Part shown: positions 1-9,179 of the stretch, one piece after another
How positions within the stretch are numbered: the first letter of the stretch is position 1
How the letters are laid out: every line of letters begins with the position of its first letter
DNA from: a virus
Taxonomy: Duplodnaviria > Caudoviricetes
Direction: 5' to 3' (one strand)
DNA: 64,000 nucleotides
Virus record (IMG/VR): IMGVR_UViG_3300035208_006521
Location: 1 to 64,000 of that record
Notes under the pieces: model-generated
Databases searched by the model: none
The model's input: the letters and a program-made list of their open reading frames with translations, nothing else
Told to the model about the DNA's origin: nothing
Position numbers and translations under genes: made by a program

Positions 1-1813
1 CTTTATATAATTTTTTATCTTCTAAATCTATGTTGTCCAGGTCTATCTCTTGTCCCGTATTTTTGAGAGCCATTTCTAAAGCATCCTTTAAAATATTAAC
101 CTGATCTAATCCTAAAATATCTATTTTTAATATTCCTACTTCCGATAACTCTCTATAATCTTTTCCTTCTGTTAGTCCTGTAACTATTTCCCCTCTTATT
201 TTTTGTATTGGAATATAATCATATATTGGCCCTGGGGTAATTGCTACACCGGCTGCGTGTTGTCCTTGTTGTCTTATCTTACCCACTAGCTTATCGGCTA
301 TTCTAAACATATCCATATTATTCTTTATATAAGATATCTCACTCTTGTCAAGATTTTCCATCAGGCTCTCAAGTTGTCCAATAACCCCAAATGATCCCCT
401 AGGATCGTCTTCTATTCTTTTTATGATAGTAGCAAATTCCATATCCCTATCTTTATTTAACACTCTAGCAACATTCCTCAACGCACCTTTTGGTCTAAAT
501 GTCGAAAATGTTATTATGTGGGCTACTCTGTCCCTCCCATATTTATTCTTTAAATAATCTTCTATCTCGGATTTTCTACCACTCTCAAAATCCAAGTCAA
601 TGTCAGGCGGGTCTTTTCTTTCACTGTTTAAAAATCTCTCAAATAATAAACCAAATCTTATCGGGTCCACTCTTGTTATACCTAGAACATACGAAACTAA
701 AGAACCGGCTGCACTTCCTCTACCTGCACCGACTCCTATATTTTTCTTTTTACAAAATTTTATAATATCTTCTATTATAAGAAAATAATCAGCAAAACCT
801 TTTTCTGTTATTACTTTTAATTCTTTTTCCAGTCTCCCTTTATATTCCTTTTCTTTATCTTTAGGAAAAATAGATTTAGAAATATTATGACATTTTTTAA
901 CAAGAATAAGAGGAGCATTAACTTGAATTCCATCTTCATTCACATAAGCTGGGAATTTACTATCTTTATTAAGCATCTCAAAGTTGCATTTTTCGACTAT
1001 TTCCAAAGTCCTCATCAATCCTTCTTGTATAACTCTATCAGGAAAATTATAACCGAATTTTTTATTAAAATTCATATAATCTTTAGGTAAATGAAAATAA
1101 AGATTCCTTGCAGAGAATCTAAATACATTACTGTCTGATTCTCTTTTTCTGGTATTTATCATTAAAAGGATATCTTGTGTTCTCGCGTCTTCTTTTTCTA
1201 TATAGTGGCAATCTCCTGTTATGATATATTTTACCTTATGTTTTTTACATAATTCATATATTCCCTTAGTGACTTTTATTTGGTCTTTTACTTCATTAAA
1301 ATGTAACTCCCCGTAAAAATCCTTCCCAAAAGCCTCTTTATATTGTAAAAATACATTTTCCGCTTTCTTAAACTCTTTATTTAATATAAAAGAAGCTATA
1401 GTTGAAGCCATACAAGCTGAAGTACATACTAATCCATCGGAATGTTCAAACATAAAAGGCTCGCTTGTTCTGCCTTTATAATAAAAACCTTCATTGAAAC
1501 TATCATAATTTATTTTTAAAAGATTTTTATATCCTTCTTTATTTTTTGCTAACAGGACTATATGATGATTATCCCTGGCTTCTTTACCTTTGCTCCTATT
1601 ATTGTTGACATAAAATTCACAACCTATTATTGGCTTTATTTCTTCTTTCCTGCAAGCATTATAGAATCTCAAAATACCTGACATATTACCGTGATCGGTA
1701 ATAGCCAATGCAGGCATTCCTACTTGTTTAGCTTTGGCTGCAAATTCTTCCGGGCTATTTACCCCATCTAATACGCTGAAAGAAGTATGTAGATGTAACT
1801 GGACAAATTTCAT
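1..1813 (-). CDS. dnaE: DNA polymerase III alpha subunit (family C), N-terminal ~604 aa; runs off the left edge
   Basis: Translated by hand from ATG at 1813 (absent from ORF track). PHP motifs HLHTSFSVLDG, ITDHGN, GDCHY; polymerase motifs GRGSAAGSLVSYVLGIT, LLFERFLN, PDIDLDF, QHAAGV, LKIDILGL. Confidence 0.95.
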   Translation of the reverse strand, partial: MKFVQLHLHTSFSVLDGVNSPEEFAAKAKQVGMPALAITDHGNMSGILRFYNACRKEEIKPIIGCEFYVNNNRSKGKEARDNHHIVLLAKNKEGYKNLLKINYDSFNEGFYYKGRTSEPFMFEHSDGLVCTSACMASTIASFILNKEFKKAENVFLQYKEAFGKDFYGELHFNEVKDQIKVTKGIYELCKKHKVKYIITGDCHYIEKEDARTQDILLMINTRKRESDSNVFRFSARNLYFHLPKDYMNFNKKFGYNFPDRVIQEGLMRTLEIVEKCNFEMLNKDSKFPAYVNEDGIQVNAPLILVKKCHNISKSIFPKDKEKEYKGRLEKELKVITEKGFADYFLIIEDIIKFCKKKNIGVGAGRGSAAGSLVSYVLGITRVDPIRFGLLFERFLNSERKDPPDIDLDFESGRKSEIEDYLKNKYGRDRVAHIITFSTFRPKGALRNVARVLNKDRDMEFATIIKRIEDDPRGSFGVIGQLESLMENLDKSEISYIKNNMDMFRIADKLVGKIRQQGQHAAGVAITPGPIYDYIPIQKIRGEIVTGLTEGKDYRELSEVGILKIDILGLDQVNILKDALEMALKNTGQEIDLDNIDLEDKKLYK

Positions 1814-1814
1814 T

Positions 1815-2243
1815 CTAATAACCTCTATTTTGTCTGTCGTGATTTTCCTTATTTTTTGCCATATAATAATTAAATATTTCTTCCGGTGTAAAACCAAATA
1901 TAAGTGCAATGTTTATAAAAAAATGCAAAGCATCTATATATTCAAAAAGAGTTTCCGTTCTTTGTTCCTCAGAAGTCCAGTCTTTTTCCATTTCTGGGCT
2001 ATATTTCTTCCAATGTTTGAAAGGTAGCCTTTCTAGCATCTCTACTAACTCAGCATTGAGATGATAAATATTATCTTTGGCATAATCACATTTGGCTTTC
2101 ATGTTGGAATTTCTATACAAGGACATTCTGCCAAGTCTTTCTTGTAAGAGTTCTTGCATATCTAACATTTTCTTTATAGAGTCTTCTTCTGGCAACAGCC
2201 CCATATTCTCTGGCTTTAAATTCATACATCTTTGCTTTTCCAT
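1815..2243 (-). CDS. All-alpha NTP pyrophosphatase, dimeric dUTPase / T4 gp56-type dCTPase-like
   Basis: ELVEMLERLPFKHWK, EYIDALHFF and C-terminal KNKENHDRQNRGY fit the dimeric dUTPase/dCTPase family pattern. Confidence 0.8.
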   Translation of the reverse strand: MEKQRCMNLKPENMGLLPEEDSIKKMLDMQELLQERLGRMSLYRNSNMKAKCDYAKDNIYHLNAELVEMLERLPFKHWKKYSPEMEKDWTSEEQRTETLFEYIDALHFFINIALIFGFTPEEIFNYYMAKNKENHDRQNRGY

Positions 2244-2254
2244 AAAACTTTCTC

Positions 2255-2950
2255 CTATATTTTACTCATAATTTCTTTCAAATATTTTACTCTACATACT
2301 TTGTCATCAATAGGGCCCTCGTTATAAATATTTGATACAAGAAAAACTTGATAGCCCCATTTTGCAACTTGATTTGATATATCCCTATTATCTTCTATCA
2401 TAAATTCAAGAGTAGGATAGTTTTCTAGAATCCTAATATGTTTCTTCTTATCGAATACTATGCCGTCAAAAGGAATCTTGTGCTGTTCAAGCCATCTAAC
2501 CGTTAGGGCGAGATATTTTTCATTTCTTGCTGTCATTATTATAACAGAATATCCCTTTTCTTTTATTATATTCATTGATTCAGTTGCATCCATTTTTGAT
2601 ACTAAATCAGCTTTTACCCAAGAATTTCTATATGCTTCTTTTAGTATCCTGTAATAATAATAAGGAATAAATTTTTTTGTCTCTATCAGATTATAGTAAT
2701 TATCCTTAAATAATGCCCAATTCGGTCTCCCGTTTGAGATTGTATGCCATTTGGAACTCCTCACTTCTTTTATCATATCAATTGTCTCAAATTTACTAAA
2801 TTCATTCTTTTCATCAAAATTAGGGTGCAATACTGTTCTTAAAAATTTTAACCAACCTTCCGTACTGCAGGCCAGTACATCATCTAAATCTACGGCACAT
2901 ACTTTTCTATTTTTCCCCAAATTTATGTGGGAAGGTGAATACAAATTCAT
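2255..2950 (-). CDS. HAD-superfamily phosphatase / 5'-nucleotidase-like
   Basis: Motif I VDLDDVL, motif II IMTAR, motif IV MIEDN. Confidence 0.8.
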   Translation of the reverse strand: MNLYSPSHINLGKNRKVCAVDLDDVLACSTEGWLKFLRTVLHPNFDEKNEFSKFETIDMIKEVRSSKWHTISNGRPNWALFKDNYYNLIETKKFIPYYYYRILKEAYRNSWVKADLVSKMDATESMNIIKEKGYSVIIMTARNEKYLALTVRWLEQHKIPFDGIVFDKKKHIRILENYPTLEFMIEDNRDISNQVAKWGYQVFLVSNIYNEGPIDDKVCRVKYLKEIMSKI

Positions 2951-2951
2951 T

Positions 2952-3104
2952 TTATTTTCTCCTTTTATTTTTGTTGATTAACATTTTTTTATCTCCCGTC
3001 AATTCCGCAATGTATTCAAATATTTTATTTCTGCCCTTTTTATTTATTCCTATCATCTTCAGGACAGTATTTAACAAGGACATTTGAGTTTCAAATTTAT
3101 TCAT
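2952..3104 (-). CDS. Small hypothetical protein (50 aa)
   Basis: Hand-translated MNKFETQMSLLNTVLKMIG...; ATG overlaps the upstream TGA (ATGA coupling). Confidence 0.5.
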   Translation of the reverse strand: MNKFETQMSLLNTVLKMIGINKKGRNKIFEYIAELTGDKKMLINKNKRRK

Positions 3105-3757
3105 CTATTTTTTGTTTTGTCCATTATTTTGGGTATAATTTTATCCAATCTCTCATTGTCTTTTTCCAACAAAGGAACTACCACATCATCCTCAATTTCT
3201 TCCCTGTTTTGGTTGCGTCCAAATTTATATATATGAGCTGAACCTAATATGATTTTTATATTGATCTTCGCGTCATCTTTATATAAGAAATCTTCATACA
3301 GTTGATCTGTTATATATAATATCCCGGCTAGGTCAACGGGTAACAATTCTATTACATCTGAAGACCTCATGTAGACTATCACATTTAGGCTTTCTTTCCT
3401 TGGTATTACATGAATTAAGGAAATGCAATCTTCAGAATGGGCTACCAACTTTCTGGAGCCTATTATTGGCTCCTTTGGAAAATAATATTTCTGGAAAACT
3501 ATTTTGGCTCTTATCCCATATAAGAGATATTTATAATGGTCGTTTTCTTCATCAAACCTTTTTTCAAATGCTTTTTTTCCATATTTATAACTGTCTTTTA
3601 ATTCCTCAAAAGCATTTTTAAAAGATTCTACTTTGTCTGTCCTAAAATCTAAATTTAGCATAAGAGTTTCCACTATGCCTTTTTCTTTGTTGGTCATGAT
3701 ACCGTTTCTGAGAATGTATTCTTGGGCTTTGTCTAAAACATTTACTAAATTACTCAT
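3101..3757 (-). CDS. Thymidylate-synthase-fold protein, dCMP-modifying (gp42-like) type
   Basis: SR..., catalytic-position Cys (EDCISL), RSSDVIELLPVD (Asp at the E. coli Asn177 position), GSAHIY. Confidence 0.75.
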   Translation of the reverse strand: MSNLVNVLDKAQEYILRNGIMTNKEKGIVETLMLNLDFRTDKVESFKNAFEELKDSYKYGKKAFEKRFDEENDHYKYLLYGIRAKIVFQKYYFPKEPIIGSRKLVAHSEDCISLIHVIPRKESLNVIVYMRSSDVIELLPVDLAGILYITDQLYEDFLYKDDAKINIKIILGSAHIYKFGRNQNREEIEDDVVVPLLEKDNERLDKIIPKIMDKTKNR

Positions 3758-4703
3758 TTATTTCTCCTAATTCTAAAGATTTTATTACATCATGCAGTCT
3801 GATGCTCTGTGTCTGATTTGCATATCTACCAATATGCTTTATACCATCATAATCAATATGCTTTATACCGTCATAATAAAGTATATTTTCTCCAACGTCA
3901 GCTATTTTACCAAAAGGCAAAATAGTATGTTTCCATATTCTGCCTTCATATCTATTTATAAAATCACCTAAATCTTCTGTCATGCTTTCAACGCAGACTA
4001 TTCTCGATTCCCGTGTTCTGTAAATTCTATAGTAGGGAATTTCTTCGTCTATAAAATAAACAAAATCATAATAACTTAATAAATGTCTGCAAAAAAGCTC
4101 TGGGAACTCAATCAAATACAAATGTATTGTTGATTTATTTTCCGTCCTAGGTTTTGGATAGTTGGGGTCTATCAGATATAAAAATTCCTGAATTGGAAAT
4201 GTGTTCAATATTTTTTTATATTCTTTTAATTCACAAAACTCTAGATCATTATTTCTTATAGTAAAAGTCTTTTCCTGCGGGGATATTCCGACAACATGAG
4301 TTTCAATTATTCTATTCTCCATATTTTTTCTACTTCTTATTAAAGAATATAATTCTTTCATGTCATAACCTATTATTTCTTTTTCCCCGTCATTTAGCTC
4401 ATTGCCCGTTGGTTTATAATTTATTCCCCTTGTTTTTTTGAGATATTTTCTCACTAATTCTTCATTAAGTTCTTCCACAAATTCATTCTCGTAACAATAA
4501 GCACACTTGTATTCTCTGCTTCTCATCTTCAAACGGAATCTCTTCATAAAAGATTCAGTATAAATATTTTTTCTTAATATTTTAGGGCCGGATAAATAAT
4601 TTTCTTGTTCTTGACCATCTCCTATTATGTAGAAATTTTTAAAATATAGAGCAGTCACTAAACCAGTTATACCGCTACCAAAAATATAATTATTTTTATT
4701 CAT
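3750..4703 (-). CDS. FAD-dependent oxidoreductase (UDP-galactopyranose mutase / amine-oxidase-like fold)
   Basis: N-terminal Rossmann IFGSGITGL; C-terminal IGRYAN...LHDVI resembles the GR[YF]A flavin-binding motif. Confidence 0.6.
   Translation of the reverse strand: MNKNNYIFGSGITGLVTALYFKNFYIIGDGQEQENYLSGPKILRKNIYTESFMKRFRLKMRSREYKCAYCYENEFVEELNEELVRKYLKKTRGINYKPTGNELNDGEKEIIGYDMKELYSLIRSRKNMENRIIETHVVGISPQEKTFTIRNNDLEFCELKEYKKILNTFPIQEFLYLIDPNYPKPRTENKSTIHLYLIEFPELFCRHLLSYYDFVYFIDEEIPYYRIYRTRESRIVCVESMTEDLGDFINRYEGRIWKHTILPFGKIADVGENILYYDGIKHIDYDGIKHIGRYANQTQSIRLHDVIKSLELGEINE
3830..3877. repeat. 24-bp tandem duplication (2 copies, 1 mismatch) inside the FAD enzyme gene
   Basis: caatatgctttatacc(a/g)tcataat x2; encodes YDGIKHI(D/G) twice. 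Confidence 0.95.
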
Positions 4704-4730
4704 ATTCTTCCTCCTTATATATAAGAGTAT

Positions 4731-5189
4731 TTATTCTACTTTTCTCAAAATAACTTTAGCCCTTTCGAATAATTCAATAATTTTTTTTGTATATTCATCA
4801 GGGGCATCATACCTGTAATAGACTAACTTTATCCCTGAATATATAATGTCTATACTACACTTGTAGCAAGGCAGGTGTGTCACAAACAATACACCTTCAC
4901 TCATAGAAGGTCCATAAAATCGGTATGCTTTCATAAGAACTTTGAATTCAGCATGTACTGAATTACATCCAGTAAAATCTGAATAGGGTATAGAATTTTT
5001 TCTAACACAAGGATTGCATTGTCCTAGAACTTCCGGTGGCCCCGAAAATCCACCCGGTTCGATACAACTGTGTCTATTAAAAATAAATTTGGCTCCTACT
5101 TTCTTTTTTTGACAAGTGGAAGAACGAAGGGCTTCTGCTTCTAAATTATTCATAATATTCTTTATTTCTTCGTTAGTTAATGGGTCCAT
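4731..5189 (-). CDS. dCMP deaminase (ComEB-like)
   Basis: STC..KKVGA, HAE and PCYKC zinc-deaminase motifs. Confidence 0.9.
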   Translation of the reverse strand: MDPLTNEEIKNIMNNLEAEALRSSTCQKKKVGAKFIFNRHSCIEPGGFSGPPEVLGQCNPCVRKNSIPYSDFTGCNSVHAEFKVLMKAYRFYGPSMSEGVLFVTHLPCYKCSIDIIYSGIKLVYYRYDAPDEYTKKIIELFERAKVILRKVE

Positions 5190-5724
5190 AAATCTCCTCT
5201 ACTTTATTTTTTAATTTATATTTCATATATGCAAGCTTGTTCTCTGTTGTTTTCATTTTACTTGCTATCATTCTGCTTGTAATTAGTTTACCTCTACTGT
5301 AGCAATAATAGTCAAACAATCTTTTTTCTTCTTTAGTTAAAGATTTTACAAACTTGTCAAACTTATCTCTGGAGTTGACATATTCAACAGGGTCTAATGG
5401 CCTCTGATCATTTAATTCCCCAACAGAATCCAGAAATTCTATGGTTCTATCATCCAGATTTTTATCCTCCTTACTATAATCTCTTAATATGTTTTTTGAT
5501 CTGTAGTGAATGTGTTTCTGTATAAAATATTTTGTCAATATTTTCCTGGGCTTTTTCTTTTTTTTTCCGTTCGGTTCAATACCAGCCCATTCACAATAAA
5601 CATAAAATAATAAATCCTGGCGGGCATCGTCTTTTTCAATCGTCGTACTCCTGGAAATATAACCTGCCCAATACTCTATACTGTTTGATGCTAACTCCAA
5701 AAGCTCAATAAATGAAGAGCTCAT
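5173..5724 (-). CDS. Sigma-factor-like (ECF-type) transcription protein
   Basis: DDARQDLL region-2-like segment; LTKEEKRLF...SRMIASKM region-4 HTH. Confidence 0.55.
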   Translation of the reverse strand: MSSSFIELLELASNSIEYWAGYISRSTTIEKDDARQDLLFYVYCEWAGIEPNGKKKKKPRKILTKYFIQKHIHYRSKNILRDYSKEDKNLDDRTIEFLDSVGELNDQRPLDPVEYVNSRDKFDKFVKSLTKEEKRLFDYYCYSRGKLITSRMIASKMKTTENKLAYMKYKLKNKVEEIYGPIN

Positions 5725-5760
5725 AATGCTTTCTCCTGTTTTTTATTTTTTTATTTTTAC

Positions 5761-6678
5761 CTATAATATGGAAGAATAAACTCTTTTCACTCCATTTATA
5801 CTCAAATCATTTGCATCCCTGTTTTTTGGCATTTCTATTTCATCTACTTCAACATATTCTCCTATCCTCCTTTTCATTTTTAATCTATAACTCTTTGGAA
5901 CATCCCCATCATAGTTTAATATTACTTTCTGGAAATATCTAGCCATTTTTCTTATCTGTATCTCGCTTGGATATTTTTTACCTACTGAAAAAGCTGGGAT
6001 ATTATTTTGTTGTAAATATAAAGCATCTATTTCCCCCTCTTCCATGACTCCGAACTTCAAAATTGAATTATTGGATAAAAGATAATTCAATCCAAATAAT
6101 ATCTTATTAACATCAGAGCCTTTTGCTTTACTAATCCTGTAGTCGGTGTTATTTTCTATTGATCTGCCCAATATGGAAACTAATCTGTTATATTCATCAT
6201 ACATTGGTATTATTATCCTCTTTTCCCCTTTCCAATATCCACATCTAATATTAAATTTTTCTATAGAGTGTTTATTTATTTTTCTCTTTTCTAAATATTT
6301 CAAATATTCGTCCCGGGGTGTTTCGTATTCTTCCAGATTAAAGTTTTTTAATATCTTTATTTTAGGGATATCTTCTTTCTTTCCTAAATCTTTTAATCTG
6401 TCTTTTAATAAGGATAAATCGATGGGATCGGATTTTTCAATATTTTCCTCAAAATCAAAACTATCTTCATCCAGTATTTTTTTTAATAGATATTTAATAG
6501 CTTCAATTCCTTTCCCACTTTTACCACATCCAAGACAATTATATTTCATCTTTTTAAAATTAACTCCCAAAGAAGGATTTTTATCCAGATGAAACACACA
6601 TGGAATCATTATATTATCCCCAACTTTCATATAGGGTATTTTTTTAGCTTTTATTAAATCAATGAATTGATTTTGCAT
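5761..6678 (-). CDS. dnaG: DNA primase (CHC2 zinc finger + TOPRIM)
   Basis: CVFHLDKNPSL...CLGC; EGEIDAL; YDGD; DAND. Confidence 0.92.
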   Translation of the reverse strand: MQNQFIDLIKAKKIPYMKVGDNIMIPCVFHLDKNPSLGVNFKKMKYNCLGCGKSGKGIEAIKYLLKKILDEDSFDFEENIEKSDPIDLSLLKDRLKDLGKKEDIPKIKILKNFNLEEYETPRDEYLKYLEKRKINKHSIEKFNIRCGYWKGEKRIIIPMYDEYNRLVSILGRSIENNTDYRISKAKGSDVNKILFGLNYLLSNNSILKFGVMEEGEIDALYLQQNNIPAFSVGKKYPSEIQIRKMARYFQKVILNYDGDVPKSYRLKMKRRIGEYVEVDEIEMPKNRDANDLSINGVKRVYSSIL

Positions 6679-7030
6679 ATCTGTTTTTTGACCTGTTGTG
6701 ATTGCTTGATAAAATTTTTCTGGATGATGCTATTATCTTTTTCATCCCTTTACTATCTTTACATGTTGTCTTATTTTCTATAAAGTCTAGTAATCTCTTT
6801 ATTGTCGATTCTAATTCTATTGTATATAAATTTGTTATATTGGTTTTATTTTTATCGTTGAAAGAATTTAGGGCTTCTTCCGCTCTCATTCCTACAGGAC
6901 CCCGAGCCAAACATATATAACAGACTACATAATATCTTTTACTTCCCATAACAGAAAGTCTATCTGCTTCTTCTATCAAGTGCAAATCCTTGTTAGAATG
7001 ACAATAAGGGCATTTACCTTCTATATTCAT
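6659..7030 (-). CDS. Lar-family (restriction alleviation) zinc-finger protein
   Basis: CPYCHS...YVVCYICLARGP pattern. Confidence 0.55.
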   Translation of the reverse strand: MNIEGKCPYCHSNKDLHLIEEADRLSVMGSKRYYVVCYICLARGPVGMRAEEALNSFNDKNKTNITNLYTIELESTIKRLLDFIENKTTCKDSKGMKKIIASSRKILSSNHNRSKNRYAKSIH

Positions 7031-8370
7031 TTTACTTTCCTTATTTCCGATAAAGATTTTGGGGCTCTTCTGCTTTCATCTAATAGCATTATATCAAAAT
7101 TAGGTCTTATGACAATGGGTTCTATGTCGGATATATCCCTCAATTTAAGAAACTGCAATCTCATTATATCTTCTAACTCATCATCTTGATCTTGTAGAAG
7201 AGCGGCTACTACACTCGCATTTTCTAATATTCCTCTCGCATACTTTAAATGTCTCTTTTTTACCAGATGCATATTTTCAGCTTCATCTTTTAATTGATTT
7301 GCTGTCCAGATTGCAACTCCTCTACCATTACAAAAATCTTTGGCTACTTCCGTCAATTCTATAGCTATATCAGTCTGGCTCCCCCATTCCATCTTAGATG
7401 AATTACTTTTACTGCTATTTGACTTCATTATGTTTAAATAATCTATTGCGATCAAATCCACTTCTTTTCCTTTTATGTCTTGTATTCTATCGGCCTCTGC
7501 TTCAATATCCTGAGCTGAACATCCCCTTGGCATAGCTACTATTTCTAAATAGTTTTGTTTTTCCATTCTTAGTTCTTGTATCTTTTTTTCCCATTTTAAC
7601 AAATCTGAATTATTAAAATTTCCTCTTCTGAATTTAGAATATTCTATGCTTGCTAATAACGAATCAAGTCTCAGTTGTACTTGAATCTTTGGCATTTCTA
7701 TTGTAAAAAATATAACATTAGCATTCTGATAAAGCCAAGGATAAGCGGAGAAGTTTTCTAAGGCTATAGTTTTGCCTTTTCCAGATTCTGCTGTAATTAT
7801 GGCTAGTTCTGTCGGCATAATACCCCCACTTAAATGATCAAATTTTCTTATGCCTGTTAACATTCCCATATTTTTATTATCTTTTCTTGCTTTTACTATC
7901 CTTTTTCTTTCCTCAAAATCCTCTAAATATTCTCCCTCATATACTTTTTTATTTGAAGTACCTACTAAAGATATTTTTCTGGATAATTTTCTAACTTCAT
8001 CGATGTTCTTTTCTTCTAGAGCCGTCATAATATCTTCTATTCTGTCCCGGGAGAATCTCAACATATATAATTCTCTCATCCTACTAATATAAGATATTAT
8101 TGCTTTTTTACCGATTTTAGAAATATCTTTTTTATATATCTGTTTTACATAATCTTGTAATAACTGCATATCTTTAAGTCTTTGAGAAACTAAATCAAAC
8201 AGGACTTTTTTATCCAAAACAGACCTGTGCAAACAAACAATATCGTGAAAAACTCTATAAGGCTTTATTGAAAAATATTCTCTTTCAATCATATCACAAA
8301 CACTGAAATCTTTCCTCAATTCATAAGAAAGAACGGATATCTCTAAATCTGTATTTCTGAACTGGTCCAT
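7027..8370 (-). CDS. dnaB: Replicative helicase, DnaB-like
   Basis: TGIRKFDHLSGG, Walker A AESGKGKT, FFTIEMP, IAIDYL, TANQL. Confidence 0.92.
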   Translation of the reverse strand: MDQFRNTDLEISVLSYELRKDFSVCDMIEREYFSIKPYRVFHDIVCLHRSVLDKKVLFDLVSQRLKDMQLLQDYVKQIYKKDISKIGKKAIISYISRMRELYMLRFSRDRIEDIMTALEEKNIDEVRKLSRKISLVGTSNKKVYEGEYLEDFEERKRIVKARKDNKNMGMLTGIRKFDHLSGGIMPTELAIITAESGKGKTIALENFSAYPWLYQNANVIFFTIEMPKIQVQLRLDSLLASIEYSKFRRGNFNNSDLLKWEKKIQELRMEKQNYLEIVAMPRGCSAQDIEAEADRIQDIKGKEVDLIAIDYLNIMKSNSSKSNSSKMEWGSQTDIAIELTEVAKDFCNGRGVAIWTANQLKDEAENMHLVKKRHLKYARGILENASVVAALLQDQDDELEDIMRLQFLKLRDISDIEPIVIRPNFDIMLLDESRRAPKSLSEIRKVK

Positions 8371-8373
8371 ATA

Positions 8374-9165
8374 TTAAACTCTCATCTTTTTAGAAATATT
8401 TACAAAATAAGGATTTAAAAAATTTATATTCCCTTTTATCAATCTCTCTTCCCAATGTCCTTGTAAATCTTTACTTTTATCTTCCCCCTTTACTGTTATA
8501 AATTTTAACTTTCTCAACATTATTGAATAAACAGAATCCCCGAAATATTTTTTTAGTTCATCCTTTGACCAGTTTGTACATATACATACAACTTTATTTT
8601 TTGGCAAAAGAACTCTTAGTAAATTTTCGGTCATGACTTGAACATAATCTGATTCTTTCTTTTGATAGGGTTTTTCAAGTTCATCTAAAAGCAAGACATC
8701 CGTTCCTTCTTCTATTCTTGAAATACTATTAGAATCAGATACATATTTATAATTGATATATTCCTGGGCTACTATATACAATGTGGAAAGTCCTTTTAAT
8801 ACTGCTACTTTTCCTATCTCAGCTAACAGAGTTGTTTTTCCTACTCCATTCAATCCTAGAAAACAAAAACCCAATCCAGCTTCTACTGCATTGGAAAAAT
8901 TCTTAAGATATCTTGTTACCTCTAATTTGACTATTTTATCTACCTCAATCGTTCCGATATCTAATCCCCAATATTCTCTAGGTATTCTAGCATATACTAA
9001 CTCCTTTAAATATCGGAAGACTTGTCTACATTCACATTCTTTTATGCCATCTTCCGTATTATCATCTTTTTGCCAACCACTTCCTCCACACTTTTTACAT
9101 ATTTTTAAAGTCCTTTCTTTTATTTTCTTTAGTGTTATTTCCTCATTATCCGTGAATCTGTTCAT
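8374..9165 (-). CDS. DnaC/IstB-like AAA+ helicase loader with N-terminal zinc finger
   Basis: CKKCGGSGW...CEC; Walker A GLNGVGKT; Walker B LLLDE; CTN. Confidence 0.85.
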   Translation of the reverse strand: MNRFTDNEEITLKKIKERTLKICKKCGGSGWQKDDNTEDGIKECECRQVFRYLKELVYARIPREYWGLDIGTIEVDKIVKLEVTRYLKNFSNAVEAGLGFCFLGLNGVGKTTLLAEIGKVAVLKGLSTLYIVAQEYINYKYVSDSNSISRIEEGTDVLLLDELEKPYQKKESDYVQVMTENLLRVLLPKNKVVCICTNWSKDELKKYFGDSVYSIMLRKLKFITVKGEDKSKDLQGHWEERLIKGNINFLNPYFVNISKKMRV

Positions 9166-9179
9166 TTTTTATATCGGCC

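Noticed and set aside
1-8370. Inteins or introns in DnaE or DnaB
   Set aside because: Motif spacing is compact; no intein or LAGLIDADG/HNH signatures seen in the visible part.
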